Origin: Candidatus Hermodarchaeota archaeon
GTDB lineage: Archaea > Asgardarchaeota > Hermodarchaeia > Hermodarchaeales > Hermodarchaeaceae
DNA: 53,935 nucleotides
Assembly: GCA_016839365.1 (NCBI GenBank)
Contig: JAEOUH010000067.1
Coordinates: forward strand, 1 to 53,935
Direction: 5' to 3'
Translations under genes and position numbers: made by a program
Notes under the pieces: generated by a model
Told to the model about the DNA's origin: nothing
Databases searched by the model: none
What the model saw: only the letters and a program-made list of their open reading frames with translations
Shown here: one piece after another, positions 19,359-28,446 of the stretch
Numbering within the stretch: position 1 is the stretch's first letter
Layout of the letters: every line of letters starts with the position of its first letter

Positions 19359-21566
19359 CTACTTGCGAACTCGAATATGAGAGTCCAGAACAGTCTGGAT
19401 TGGTTTGTCGCTGAAGTGTTGCGTGAGTCGTTCGTACTTCCAGCCGAGGGGTGTCAGGAGGGTATCGGTGGCGCGAAGCAGCAGCTCGGTATACTTGTCC
19501 TTGTCATAGTGGGTCGCCGCTGCGGTGTGGGGGAGTGCCACGCGTCGCAAGGGGTGGCGGGACGTGGAGTCAGTGTGCACGTATTTGATGGCTTGTCCCG
19601 GTTGGATGTCGTGTCCATATCGGATGGCAAGTTTGGCGGCAATGGCTTGGCTGCACTGCTGCTGGTATTCGTGGGGGGATCGGCTGATGTGTTGGGTGAT
19701 GATGAGGTCATCGGGGGTTACTCCACCGCTGTGCAGAAGGTCGAGGTATTCTTTGACGATGTCGAGTAATTGCGGGAGCAGCTGCTGCATCTCATCGGTG
19801 TCTTCGGCACCCGCCAGGCAAGTGAGGAGGTCCATCTGGAGCTGCTTGATGAGCGGTGGGGTATCACGGCGTCGCAGCTCAATGCCCCGGGCTTTGATAG
19901 TACCATCGTGTTTTACCCCGCAGTAGCGCGTCAGCGCGCCGTAGGGTTGATTGCGGCATGGCAAGAACATGATCCATCGGTAACGGCCTTCAAACTCCAT
20001 CGGCAGTCCGGTTACTTCCTCAACCACCTCGCTGAGGGCCAGATAGTCTTCAACGGAGGCGCCAGACTTCTGCAGCCAGACGCAGTCCACAATACCATGG
20101 AGCACTTGAAAGCCCTTGCGTTCACAGACGGCCTTGGTCTGCAGCAGTACGCGTCGGCTGAACGCCGTGACACACTCGTACGCTTCGACGCGACCAAAAC
20201 GTGAGGCTCGAAACCCGAGATAGCCAAAGGAGACGACGAGGAGCCATTTCAACGCAGCTTGCCGCGCCTCATATACGGGGTCATCATGGCGGTGTCGCTT
20301 GTAGTAGGTTCGCTTCTTCAGAATGGGCTCAAGGAAGGTGGGCACGATGCCGCGCTGGCGCCGACACAGCCAATAGCCAACCTCGGGAACCACAGTGGCA
20401 TCATCGGGACAACAATCGCAGAACAAGGCTTCCGGCGAGATGTTGTACTTGACCATCAGCGACGGATACATCGACAGGAAGTCGAGTTCGCCCACATCAC
20501 TGAAAACACCAACGCGCGGGGTGATGACGTGACCACCCCGGTCAGCGTTGAGGAGCTCAAGCCCGGTCTTGTACTCCTCGGGGTCCGCTTTGGTTTCGGG
20601 AATCAGAACGCCTCGATTGAGCGCCTCTTGCATCTGGAGCATATTGATGCCGGTGCCCGGGCTGCTTCGGGCCATCCGCTGGGGTGGAAAGGCGGTAATC
20701 CGACTTGACTCGACGAGCCCCTCAAAGTTGCCAAAAGTCATATGCGACCGATCCAGATGCAAACGTCCATGGAGTAGAAATGGATGAGGACGATAAAACA
20801 CCGGGCCGCCATACCGGAAGACCGCACGACCTGCCGGGAGGGTCTTGTCACTGAAGACATGAGGGGTGTCATCCCGGCTCAGCGAAAACTGGTGCAACAT
20901 CCCCTCCTCTTGAACGCGTCGAATCAGGGTGGGGAAGATCCGGGAGTCACCGTCTTCGGTGAAGATGATGTCTGGATCATGGGTATTAATCCAATCCTGG
21001 AGCATCATGGGCTCTGTGGTCTGCAACGTGTCACCCGAGGAGCTGGTGGCACAAAACAGGTCTTCCCCTTCTAGGCGGAGATCCACAGTATCAAAGGTAG
21101 GAAGAGCATAGTCGAGGGCCCACCGGGAGTCGCAGGAGTCGATGTGGGTAACACGGGTCCCCGACTGGTCGGTGTGAACCTCCACCTGCTCGAAGGGGAA
21201 GCGCCGCTGCTCGAGATACCAAAGTTGGGTTGCGGAGAGATCGCCGTTGAAGACGCGAAAACGGGGGACGGCGAGGGTCTTGATTTCGCGGACGACGCGA
21301 GAGAGTTGGGTGCAGGAGGAGACTGTTACGGCAAGAACTGGTCGTCGCGTGCCCCGCAACTGCAGCCGGTGAAATGCCGGGGTCACAACGCTCACCAGTG
21401 GGTGATTTTCGAACAGCGGCGCATAGTCCTCGAATTGGACGCCGGGTGCATGTAAGTAAAATTGTGGCTGATAAGGCACCTCCAAGGGAACGCATTGTGT
21501 TGCCGTGCGCAACCACAAGACCAAGTGGTCGGGCCGGGGAGTTATGTCGAGGATCCAGCCACGCAT
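19359..21566 (-). CDS. polB2: Family B DNA polymerase, PolB2 type
   Basis: DFLSMYPS (motif A), KWLLVVSFGYLG (motif B), HGIVDCVW replacing YGDTDS (motif C), KARGIELRRRDTP; degenerate exonuclease region. Confidence 0.88.
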   Translation of the reverse strand: MRGWILDITPRPDHLVLWLRTATQCVPLEVPYQPQFYLHAPGVQFEDYAPLFENHPLVSVVTPAFHRLQLRGTRRPVLAVTVSSCTQLSRVVREIKTLAVPRFRVFNGDLSATQLWYLEQRRFPFEQVEVHTDQSGTRVTHIDSCDSRWALDYALPTFDTVDLRLEGEDLFCATSSSGDTLQTTEPMMLQDWINTHDPDIIFTEDGDSRIFPTLIRRVQEEGMLHQFSLSRDDTPHVFSDKTLPAGRAVFRYGGPVFYRPHPFLLHGRLHLDRSHMTFGNFEGLVESSRITAFPPQRMARSSPGTGINMLQMQEALNRGVLIPETKADPEEYKTGLELLNADRGGHVITPRVGVFSDVGELDFLSMYPSLMVKYNISPEALFCDCCPDDATVVPEVGYWLCRRQRGIVPTFLEPILKKRTYYKRHRHDDPVYEARQAALKWLLVVSFGYLGFRASRFGRVEAYECVTAFSRRVLLQTKAVCERKGFQVLHGIVDCVWLQKSGASVEDYLALSEVVEEVTGLPMEFEGRYRWIMFLPCRNQPYGALTRYCGVKHDGTIKARGIELRRRDTPPLIKQLQMDLLTCLAGAEDTDEMQQLLPQLLDIVKEYLDLLHSGGVTPDDLIITQHISRSPHEYQQQCSQAIAAKLAIRYGHDIQPGQAIKYVHTDSTSRHPLRRVALPHTAAATHYDKDKYTELLLRATDTLLTPLGWKYERLTQHFSDKPIQTVLDSHIRVRK

Positions 21567-21719
21567 TGTTGGTCAGGACGGCTCTCTCAGGAGCCTACTT
21601 AAAGTCGGCAACTGGGATGCAAAAGAACAGCGTTTGTGCCTGGTTTTTCGGGAAGTTTTTGTATCCTACTGTGGTCTGAGATGAAACGTATATTCGGGGA
21701 GAGGTTGGCTAGGTGGAGT

Positions 21720-23624
21720 TCAATCCGTCGAGGAACCACAAATGGGACAATAGCGGGCACGAGGCGGAACTGCTCCACCACAATAGGCGCAGAATTTCGT
21801 GCTTTCGGTCGGTGATTGTGCTGAACGGGCTGTGTATGTTGTGGTGGTGTAGCGGTGCGGTGGTTCGGTACTGCTAGATTGTCTTTGTCGGTAGATGATG
21901 ATGACGATAACGCCAACGAGGATGCCGACGACAATGCCTGCTATTAACATGATCATGGTTGGAGGAGGTATTGGAAAGATAGGACCAGTACCTGAGGGAG
22001 TATTAACTTGGAGCAGAAAGATACCGGCGCTAAGATAGCCCGTTGGATACGAATATACCTCAATGTAGTAGGTGTCACCTGCGTTCAAACTGATTGTGAT
22101 GGTTTCTGACGAGTCAGAGCTAATCGACTCAGCCAGTTGGTTTTGGTAGGCATTGTAGATGTAGAGGTCAAAATCAGTTTCATATTGGGCCCAGGCCGCA
22201 TCAATGGCAAAGGTATACGGACCTGTTTCTGTTGCTGTGAAGATATAATATACAGAATCGTAAGCGCCTTCAAGATATCCACAGTGCAGTCCCGGAATAG
22301 CTCCTGGGCCTTGATATTGCACGAGCGGGTAAGCTTCAGTAAATGATGCACCGATATTTAGATAGGCCTCGATGAATTCATCCCATTCTGTATCGGTGGC
22401 AAGCGCGAGTTGATGAGATCCATAAGTGCCAAACACAACTCCTAGCCCATTGGCGTCAGGAACGTCACTTAAGTGTAATTCCTCGTATACGGCAGCTTGG
22501 ATGAATGTGGATAAATTAGTGGCCCTTTGAAGGTACGGATTAGTATTGAGGTGAGTGGAAAGAGATGAAGCGAAAGAGCCCAAGTCAATGAATTCAGTCC
22601 ACGAGAAGCTTTGTGTGCTTTCTCTTGCCCAGGATATCGCCTCATAGAGCTGGGGATCGTTCATGTTTGTATAAAGTAACAGTGCAAGTTCATTCAATGT
22701 CTCTGCAACTGCCTCGAGCATGTCACATTCGACAGCGGATAGACAAATATCAAGGCTCATTGGATCATAGTATCGTCCACCAATATCGTAGGCTGTTACA
22801 TAATAGTAAACAAGGCTGGTCGCCACCGTTCTGGGGTTAGAGGTTGGAAATGTCGTGAGGTTGAGCAGTATGTCTTCGTATGGAAATCCCGTCACAGGAA
22901 CTGATTCTTCGGAAAACACTATCAAATCCGCCGTATCACGGATTTCGTAAGCGACTTCAACTTGCCCCATCAGGCAGGCATCAAAGGCAACGATGTCTAA
23001 ATGCTGAATTTGTGGATCACTGAGCGATTGTTCCAACTCCTCAATCGTTAGCTGAGAAAGGCTTGTATCATCTTCACACAACCCAAACGCTCCACTACCA
23101 TGATCCCAAATAATCAACAGATAATTATCAGCAGGAGCGTACGATTGACCAAACACGATGAAATCGCGGAGAATGGTGGGTGAGCCCATATCCGGTTCCG
23201 TTGGTAGTGGTGTAGCAAGTTCTACAGAGTTAATAACGTTAAGATTCGAATCTTGGCTCACTTCGTAGCATTTTGCGCCGGTGAAGGGTGCATAGGTTCC
23301 GTCCCAAAAATCAACTAGTACAATTATTTTCACATCTTGTGTTGATCCAATTGTCTCCATTGAGTTCAGATCATCGAACGCGTACTCTTCTAGATTGTTA
23401 TCTCCATCAAGATATACTAGAACTGTCCAGTTATCATTCCCGTTTTGCATTTTCGCCTGGCTAGTAAACGTCATTAGCTCGTTTCCGAAATCAGGCTGTT
23501 TCAATTCAACACTCTCAGCCAAACCAGTTACTTGAACAGGTGTTATTATAGTACTCAAAAGAAAGGCAAAGGTAAATGCCAGGATGAGGAAGCCACGATT
23601 ATTGAACAATATCTCCCACCTCAA
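21720..23624 (-). CDS. Clostripain-family (C11) cysteine peptidase, membrane-anchored, with PPC-like domain and cytoplasmic zinc ribbon
   Basis: WTVLVYLDGDNNLE, WDHGSG (His), FDACLMG (Cys), DFDLYIY...SETI...GDTYYIEV, TM helix, CAYC...CPIC. Confidence 0.88.
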   Translation of the reverse strand: MRWEILFNNRGFLILAFTFAFLLSTIITPVQVTGLAESVELKQPDFGNELMTFTSQAKMQNGNDNWTVLVYLDGDNNLEEYAFDDLNSMETIGSTQDVKIIVLVDFWDGTYAPFTGAKCYEVSQDSNLNVINSVELATPLPTEPDMGSPTILRDFIVFGQSYAPADNYLLIIWDHGSGAFGLCEDDTSLSQLTIEELEQSLSDPQIQHLDIVAFDACLMGQVEVAYEIRDTADLIVFSEESVPVTGFPYEDILLNLTTFPTSNPRTVATSLVYYYVTAYDIGGRYYDPMSLDICLSAVECDMLEAVAETLNELALLLYTNMNDPQLYEAISWARESTQSFSWTEFIDLGSFASSLSTHLNTNPYLQRATNLSTFIQAAVYEELHLSDVPDANGLGVVFGTYGSHQLALATDTEWDEFIEAYLNIGASFTEAYPLVQYQGPGAIPGLHCGYLEGAYDSVYYIFTATETGPYTFAIDAAWAQYETDFDLYIYNAYQNQLAESISSDSSETITISLNAGDTYYIEVYSYPTGYLSAGIFLLQVNTPSGTGPIFPIPPPTMIMLIAGIVVGILVGVIVIIIYRQRQSSSTEPPHRYTTTTYTARSAQSPTESTKFCAYCGGAVPPRARYCPICGSSTD

Positions 23625-23693
23625 ATGCCATTCAAGGTCCCTATTCGTAATCTCTCCTAATAAGCTTACAGTTTGATAAAAGAGGCTGAAACC

Positions 23694-23783
23694 TCAATGG
23701 AGGTCAGTTTCTATTATCGTATTCCTTAGTAATATGATTTCTTGCTCTTTGATGTCCTTATCCCGTTGCTTTTCTGCATTCCA
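23694..23783 (-). pseudogene. Displaced original 3' end of the MFS gene at 30388-31689
   Basis: Minus strand reads WNAE-KQRDKDIKEQEIILLRNTIIETDLH-stop in the same frame as the shared core; followed by GAGG-TTTCAG-CCTC hairpin and TTTT. Confidence 0.7.
23772..23783 (+). repeat. Left attachment-site core TTCTGCATTCCA
   Basis: Identical to 30403-30414; 16/19 identity over 23770-23788 vs 30401-30419. Confidence 0.8.
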
Positions 23784-23824
23784 AAAAAGATGATTGATTA
23801 ATTTCTTTTTAATTCGATTCTAAA

Positions 23825-23853
23825 TACGTTATAAATGAGTGTAAGTACGTTAT
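23825..23853 (+). promoter_or_regulatory. TATA-like box with tandem TACGTTAT direct repeats (candidate operator)
   Basis: TACGTTAT at 23825-23832 and 23846-23853 (21-bp period) overlapping TTATAAAT, just before ATG 23858. Confidence 0.5.
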
Positions 23854-23857
23854 CAGT

Positions 23858-24130
23858 ATGATTGAAAGCACCACTAGGAGTATCTTAAGATCTGGCGATT
23901 CACGAGGTGTAGCACTTTCTCCTAAATGGCTTGAAAGATACAAACCAACGCGTCTTAATGTTGTTCATGTAAATGGATTTGTCCTTGTTTTCCCGGTTGA
24001 ACAAGCTAGTTTCCTAGAAAACAACTTTGGAAAAATTGTAGCAAAAGCGGTTGAAAAAGCCATTATCAAAAATCAACTACCAAGAGATCAGGAAAGTGAG
24101 CAGAGTGACCCCTCAGGAAAAACCGAGTGA
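23858..24130 (+). CDS. AbrB/MazE/SpoVT-like DNA-binding protein
   Basis: RSILRSGDSRGVALSPKWL matches the swapped-hairpin signature (GxSxxVxLPxxW-like). Confidence 0.65.
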   Translation: MIESTTRSILRSGDSRGVALSPKWLERYKPTRLNVVHVNGFVLVFPVEQASFLENNFGKIVAKAVEKAIIKNQLPRDQESEQSDPSGKTE

Positions 24131-24836
24131 ATTTTGTGAAGATATTTTCACAATAAAAGACTTACTAGCAGAAATCTATAGGCGAAGAAAAGACCGTACT
24201 CGACCTTGTGAAGACACTACGACTACCACGACAAACTTCCAAACTTCCAAAGAGGGTTGTTCACGTGAAGATAATTTCACAAAGGTTTCCATTAATCGTG
24301 TATTCCAAATTCTCACTGGGCCCCAAGTCTACGGACTTTATCGCGGAAAATCCTCTAAAGAAACCGCGAAGCTCGTTCACTACTTAGCATTAAACCGGGG
24401 AGCCATCACCATTCGCAATCCGAATATTCTAGGACCTAAGGGCATTTTCACAGATCGCCGGGAGCTTCATAACGTAATGCTTAAACTCGAAGATTTGGGG
24501 CTTGTCGAGAAGTATTTACAAAAACCCTGGAGTGGTGGTCGACCTTTCGCCATCTGGAAAGCAGTGTGGGCATCAAATAGCGATGTACAACTTGCAATAG
24601 AAGAACACAACAATTCACTAGATAAGCAAAACTATCCAGAGATTCCACCAACCGGTATCCCAAATGAAAAGCAGCTTATCAAAGCGTCAATGGGACCAAA
24701 GAAACAATGGACCTCTGAAGATCAGGTTAGAAGGGCTAAACATATTCTTGAAGATCCTAATTCAAGTAATTCCCTTAAAGAAGCAGCACAAACCACACTT
24801 CAAAGACTTGTGAAGGAGGTGGAAGTGAGTGAATAA
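24051..24836 (+). CDS. Hypothetical element protein with probable winged-HTH (possible replication or regulatory protein)
   Basis: ELHNVMLKLEDLGLVEK...GGRPFAIW resembles a wHTH recognition helix and wing; start uncertain. Confidence 0.5.
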   Translation: MKKPLSKINYQEIRKVSRVTPQEKPSEFCEDIFTIKDLLAEIYRRRKDRTRPCEDTTTTTTNFQTSKEGCSREDNFTKVSINRVFQILTGPQVYGLYRGKSSKETAKLVHYLALNRGAITIRNPNILGPKGIFTDRRELHNVMLKLEDLGLVEKYLQKPWSGGRPFAIWKAVWASNSDVQLAIEEHNNSLDKQNYPEIPPTGIPNEKQLIKASMGPKKQWTSEDQVRRAKHILEDPNSSNSLKEAAQTTLQRLVKEVEVSE

Positions 24837-24966
24837 TGCGCTCTCCGTTGCGATCTCAGTTCTCGCGCTCTTCATCGGAACCACAATGGACCTCATCCTC
24901 AAGGCCACGAACCTCGACGTCACCCATTCGGTAGACCCGAACCAAATCCTTGACTTTTATAAATGA
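24829..24966 (+). CDS. 45-aa small membrane protein not in the ORF track (MNNALSVAISVLALFIGTTMDLILKATNLDVTHSVDPNQILDFYK)
   Basis: GTG start overlapping the upstream gene end; strong GGAGGTG SD at 24815-24821; one hydrophobic helix. Confidence 0.5.
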   Translation: MNNALSVAISVLALFIGTTMDLILKATNLDVTHSVDPNQILDFYK

Positions 24967-24973
24967 CATTTTT

Positions 24974-27787
24974 TCACCTCAATACTGAAAGATCATAACG
25001 GGCAACCCGTGCCTCAATGAAAATCGGAATAAACGTAGCTAGGAGTAGCATGCCTATAATAAGTCCTGTCTGAAGGAGAAACATCCCCAAAAATTCTGGT
25101 GGCAAGAAACGGGCAGATAGGAGTGGTGGAACAATATTCGCCGTCCCTCCACTCACAAATCCGTTATAGATTATCAATCCCACAATGAATCCAATAAAGA
25201 TCGCAAACACAATTATAGTGAAGATTTCTGCCAGTAATATTATCACAGTCTGAGAATACGTCATTCCACGGGCACTCATTAAGGCAGTAATAGTGCGGCG
25301 TTCCCTGAGCGTTAAGTAGATGATGACCAGTGTGCCCACTGAGGCGAGAAGAAAAGCACAAATTACACCCAACTGCATCATATTCGTCGTGGAGCTAAGA
25401 ACAGCATTCGAGTTGTACTCTTCAATGTCTGTGATGGCGGATTCAACACGCAGGACATCATCTAAGGCTTCGATGGCCTCGACGACAGCGGTATTGTCTA
25501 TTGGTGAATCGAGAGCAACGAGAACGTGACCTGTTGGTGTGAGTTCATTGGAAAATTCTTCCATTAATTCGACTGGAACGTAAGACCAGGTTTCCTCCGC
25601 GAGCCACTCACTGACCCAGGGATACGGATTCAAGATGGGATCTGGTCCCATATAACTGACAACCGTTAGATTATGATATGAATCAGAATCTGAGAATTGT
25701 ACAGAAATATTGTCTCCTAAATCAACACCTAATTCGACAGCATGCCGTTTTTCCAAAATGATTGTCCTATTTGCGGCTGCAAGTTGTTCGAAGGCAGCGA
25801 GGCTGGAAAGCCCTGATATCCAGTCAGGCTCCCAGTACGCTACTCCCAGCCATTCACTCACATTAATTGCCCGAACGTTTAAAATACCAACTCCAGCAAT
25901 CGTAAACCTATACTGTCCTGCGGCTCCGCTTACACCGTCAATCGCTCGAATCGTTGAAAGTAGATCAGTAACGTTTTCCGGTGCGCTAACTCGGACATTC
26001 AAATCGGCTCCTACGGTGGTATAGGCGTCTCTTACAGCCAGGTCTAGACTAGTGCCCAAAATTCCAATTGACTGGACACTATAGCCGATTAATAACGCTG
26101 TAATAAAGATAATCGCCGCGGTTCGACCCAGTCTCCGTCGAATGTTAAGCGATGCAAGCCCTCCCAATTCACCGAGTACCCGGCTAATGAATCGTTGAGA
26201 GTACGTATAGAAACCTTTCCAGCCTTTCACGATGATTGTGACAAGACCCCATAGGAAAAGGAGTGGGACCCAGAAAGTAATGAGGGCATCAAACAGTAAC
26301 CAAAAGCTTGCAAATGAAGCCAAAAAGGGATTCGTAAACCTGAGTTGGAGCACAATTTCAGTGACATTGATGCCTAGAAGCCAAATGACTAGCTTGTAAC
26401 TACCCAAAATTAACGCTGTCCAAGCAAGCATTCTTGGATATGACAAGGTTTCTCCGACTGTTGAATATTCACGAATTGCTTCAGTCGTCGGAATCTTTGA
26501 TGCCTTACGAGCGGGAAGATAGGAGGCAATAACTGCAAGGAAGACACCAAACATTATAGTCAAAAATATCGTGTCTAATCCGATTCCTGTTGCAATAATG
26601 GAAGCCCACGTCACCGTTGAAATGAAGAATGGAATAAGAAAAATTGTTAATACTATACCAAGAAGACTTGCCACGAGTCCGATGAGGAGGGCTTCCCAGA
26701 CGAATAGGCTTGTTATTGTGCTCCGGGTTACTCCTTTGGTGAGAAGGAGACCGACTTCACGGCGCCTTATGGAATATGACACGTCGTTTAAGGTGATTCC
26801 CATATAGAGCGCAATGAAAAAGACTGGAATCGACACCTGGAGGAAGACTACGCGAAAGTTCTCCGAAATACTCACAAAAAAGTTAAGGGTCCAAACAAGC
26901 GGTGGCAGAAACGATCCGTAGTATCCCTGAGAAGATAATGAATTTTCAATACGATATGCTAGTTGCTGCAATTCCTGGGCTGAGAGTTGAACGTTATACG
27001 GGTTGATTGAAGTTACTCGATCCACAAAGATGAAAATGAACTGATCCAGGTCAGTAAAAACTACTTCAGGATCCGTCGCAGCATGATCAAATATTGGTAG
27101 GAAGGTTGATTCGACATCAACGAGAAAGAAGCTGAAGTAGTGTTGATACCAGGAGGGTTGGTAACCTGGGTAAGGGGTTTCATACTTGAGTAAGTCTTGA
27201 GCTTGAGATGTTAGTTCAACATGACCCACAACCTCTAAGGTAAGATTATAGATAATTGTCATATCAATATCAGTACCGGTATCTTCCCAGATTCTGACTC
27301 CAATGGAATAATTACTCCCAACTGGGTAATTTGCAGCTTGTGCAGAGCTTGCGGTGAGTAATGTTTGATTGGCCTCTAGATTCATAGTCCCGGAAATTAG
27401 TGTCATCCCGTCATAGACGGTCGAGTTGTGCTGAATGCCACTTGTGAGTATTAATTGTTCTTCTAGTGGTTTAGTTGCGTCAATTAAGTGGTGCTCATAG
27501 GATCTAATGAAAAGTTCTGAACGGGTAACCTCTGAGTAACCCTCGATGATCTGCCTCATCGAAAAGAAATCTGATCTATTATAAATTTCCCTGTACCTAT
27601 ATGTAGAAACCTGCCAGGTCAAATCAACGGCAACATCTTCAAGAATATCGTACAGCATGGCTACCATCATGGAGTTACCACCGATATTTGAAGCGGCAAA
27701 CAATGTAGTCGCTATCATGACGCCCATAAGGATGGCGAAAATGAGCTTTTTGTTCCGGGTTGTTCGACGGACAGCGTATCGATACAC
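24974..27787 (-). CDS. FtsX/MacB-like ABC transporter permease (two permease repeats)
   Basis: RRREVGLLLTKG and ERRTITALMSARG motifs, ASYLPARKAS, GADL, two large extracellular domains. Confidence 0.88.
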   Translation of the reverse strand: MYRYAVRRTTRNKKLIFAILMGVMIATTLFAASNIGGNSMMVAMLYDILEDVAVDLTWQVSTYRYREIYNRSDFFSMRQIIEGYSEVTRSELFIRSYEHHLIDATKPLEEQLILTSGIQHNSTVYDGMTLISGTMNLEANQTLLTASSAQAANYPVGSNYSIGVRIWEDTGTDIDMTIIYNLTLEVVGHVELTSQAQDLLKYETPYPGYQPSWYQHYFSFFLVDVESTFLPIFDHAATDPEVVFTDLDQFIFIFVDRVTSINPYNVQLSAQELQQLAYRIENSLSSQGYYGSFLPPLVWTLNFFVSISENFRVVFLQVSIPVFFIALYMGITLNDVSYSIRRREVGLLLTKGVTRSTITSLFVWEALLIGLVASLLGIVLTIFLIPFFISTVTWASIIATGIGLDTIFLTIMFGVFLAVIASYLPARKASKIPTTEAIREYSTVGETLSYPRMLAWTALILGSYKLVIWLLGINVTEIVLQLRFTNPFLASFASFWLLFDALITFWVPLLFLWGLVTIIVKGWKGFYTYSQRFISRVLGELGGLASLNIRRRLGRTAAIIFITALLIGYSVQSIGILGTSLDLAVRDAYTTVGADLNVRVSAPENVTDLLSTIRAIDGVSGAAGQYRFTIAGVGILNVRAINVSEWLGVAYWEPDWISGLSSLAAFEQLAAANRTIILEKRHAVELGVDLGDNISVQFSDSDSYHNLTVVSYMGPDPILNPYPWVSEWLAEETWSYVPVELMEEFSNELTPTGHVLVALDSPIDNTAVVEAIEALDDVLRVESAITDIEEYNSNAVLSSTTNMMQLGVICAFLLASVGTLVIIYLTLRERRTITALMSARGMTYSQTVIILLAEIFTIIVFAIFIGFIVGLIIYNGFVSGGTANIVPPLLSARFLPPEFLGMFLLQTGLIIGMLLLATFIPIFIEARVARYDLSVLR

Positions 27788-28046
27788 ACCAAATCCCTGC
27801 TCACGAACCTAATATGTTTCGGAGCCTAAAAGCGTTAAGTTTCAGGAAACCATCCTTAGTAGTAAGTGGCTCTAATTTGTCCCGAAGTTTGGAGGTGGAA
27901 TGTTTGTTCTCAGAAAACTTCACGCGCCGAGAAACGGATGGGAAGGGGTACGTCCGTAATCCAAGAATGGCGGGCGGAGCTCTGGCAGGACAGCGCATTT
28001 TCGGTTCTTCGCTTATGAAAAGAAATTCCGAAAAATAGAAAATCAA

Positions 28047-28319
28047 GAAGAACACCCCCATAACATCCGCCTGACGAACTGCAAAGGAAAATAGGAAAAG
28101 GGGCCTAGCATAGGAAAACGCCCTAAGAGCCCCAAAGAAGGTAGGGGTAGTTCTTCGGTTTGTTCAGTTGTTTTTAAGAAGAAAAAACAATTCAACAATT
28201 TAGAAATCCAGACAACACACCCCTATTGCCCTCGAAACCGCCAATTCTCCAGCTCAGGATGCTGTAAAACCACGTCAGAAACTCGTGCTGAAAAAATAGA
28301 TGTGGGGTGTGTTGTTTGG
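28047..28319. repeat. Two pairs of related inverted repeats ending in C/G runs
   Basis: GAAGAACACCCC (28047) / GGGGTAGTTCTTC (28144); CCAGACAACACACCCC (28208-28223) / GGGGTGTGTTGTTTGG (28304-28319, 15/16); ~160-bp period. Confidence 0.55.
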
Positions 28320-28446
28320 TTTGAAGGGTAGATATTTTGAGGTATTTTGTTGTCTAAACGAATTAGGAGAACTATTCGATAAAGAAAATAAGTCGAATAG
28401 ACTTCTTGTTAGAATATTTAAGTAGATATTTTCTGAGTTATAATAT

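Noticed and set aside
19377-21934. Many overlapping alternative-frame and antisense ORFs over polB2 and the clostripain 3' end
   Set aside because: Expected in GC-rich coding DNA; no motifs, and the main frames have full family signatures.
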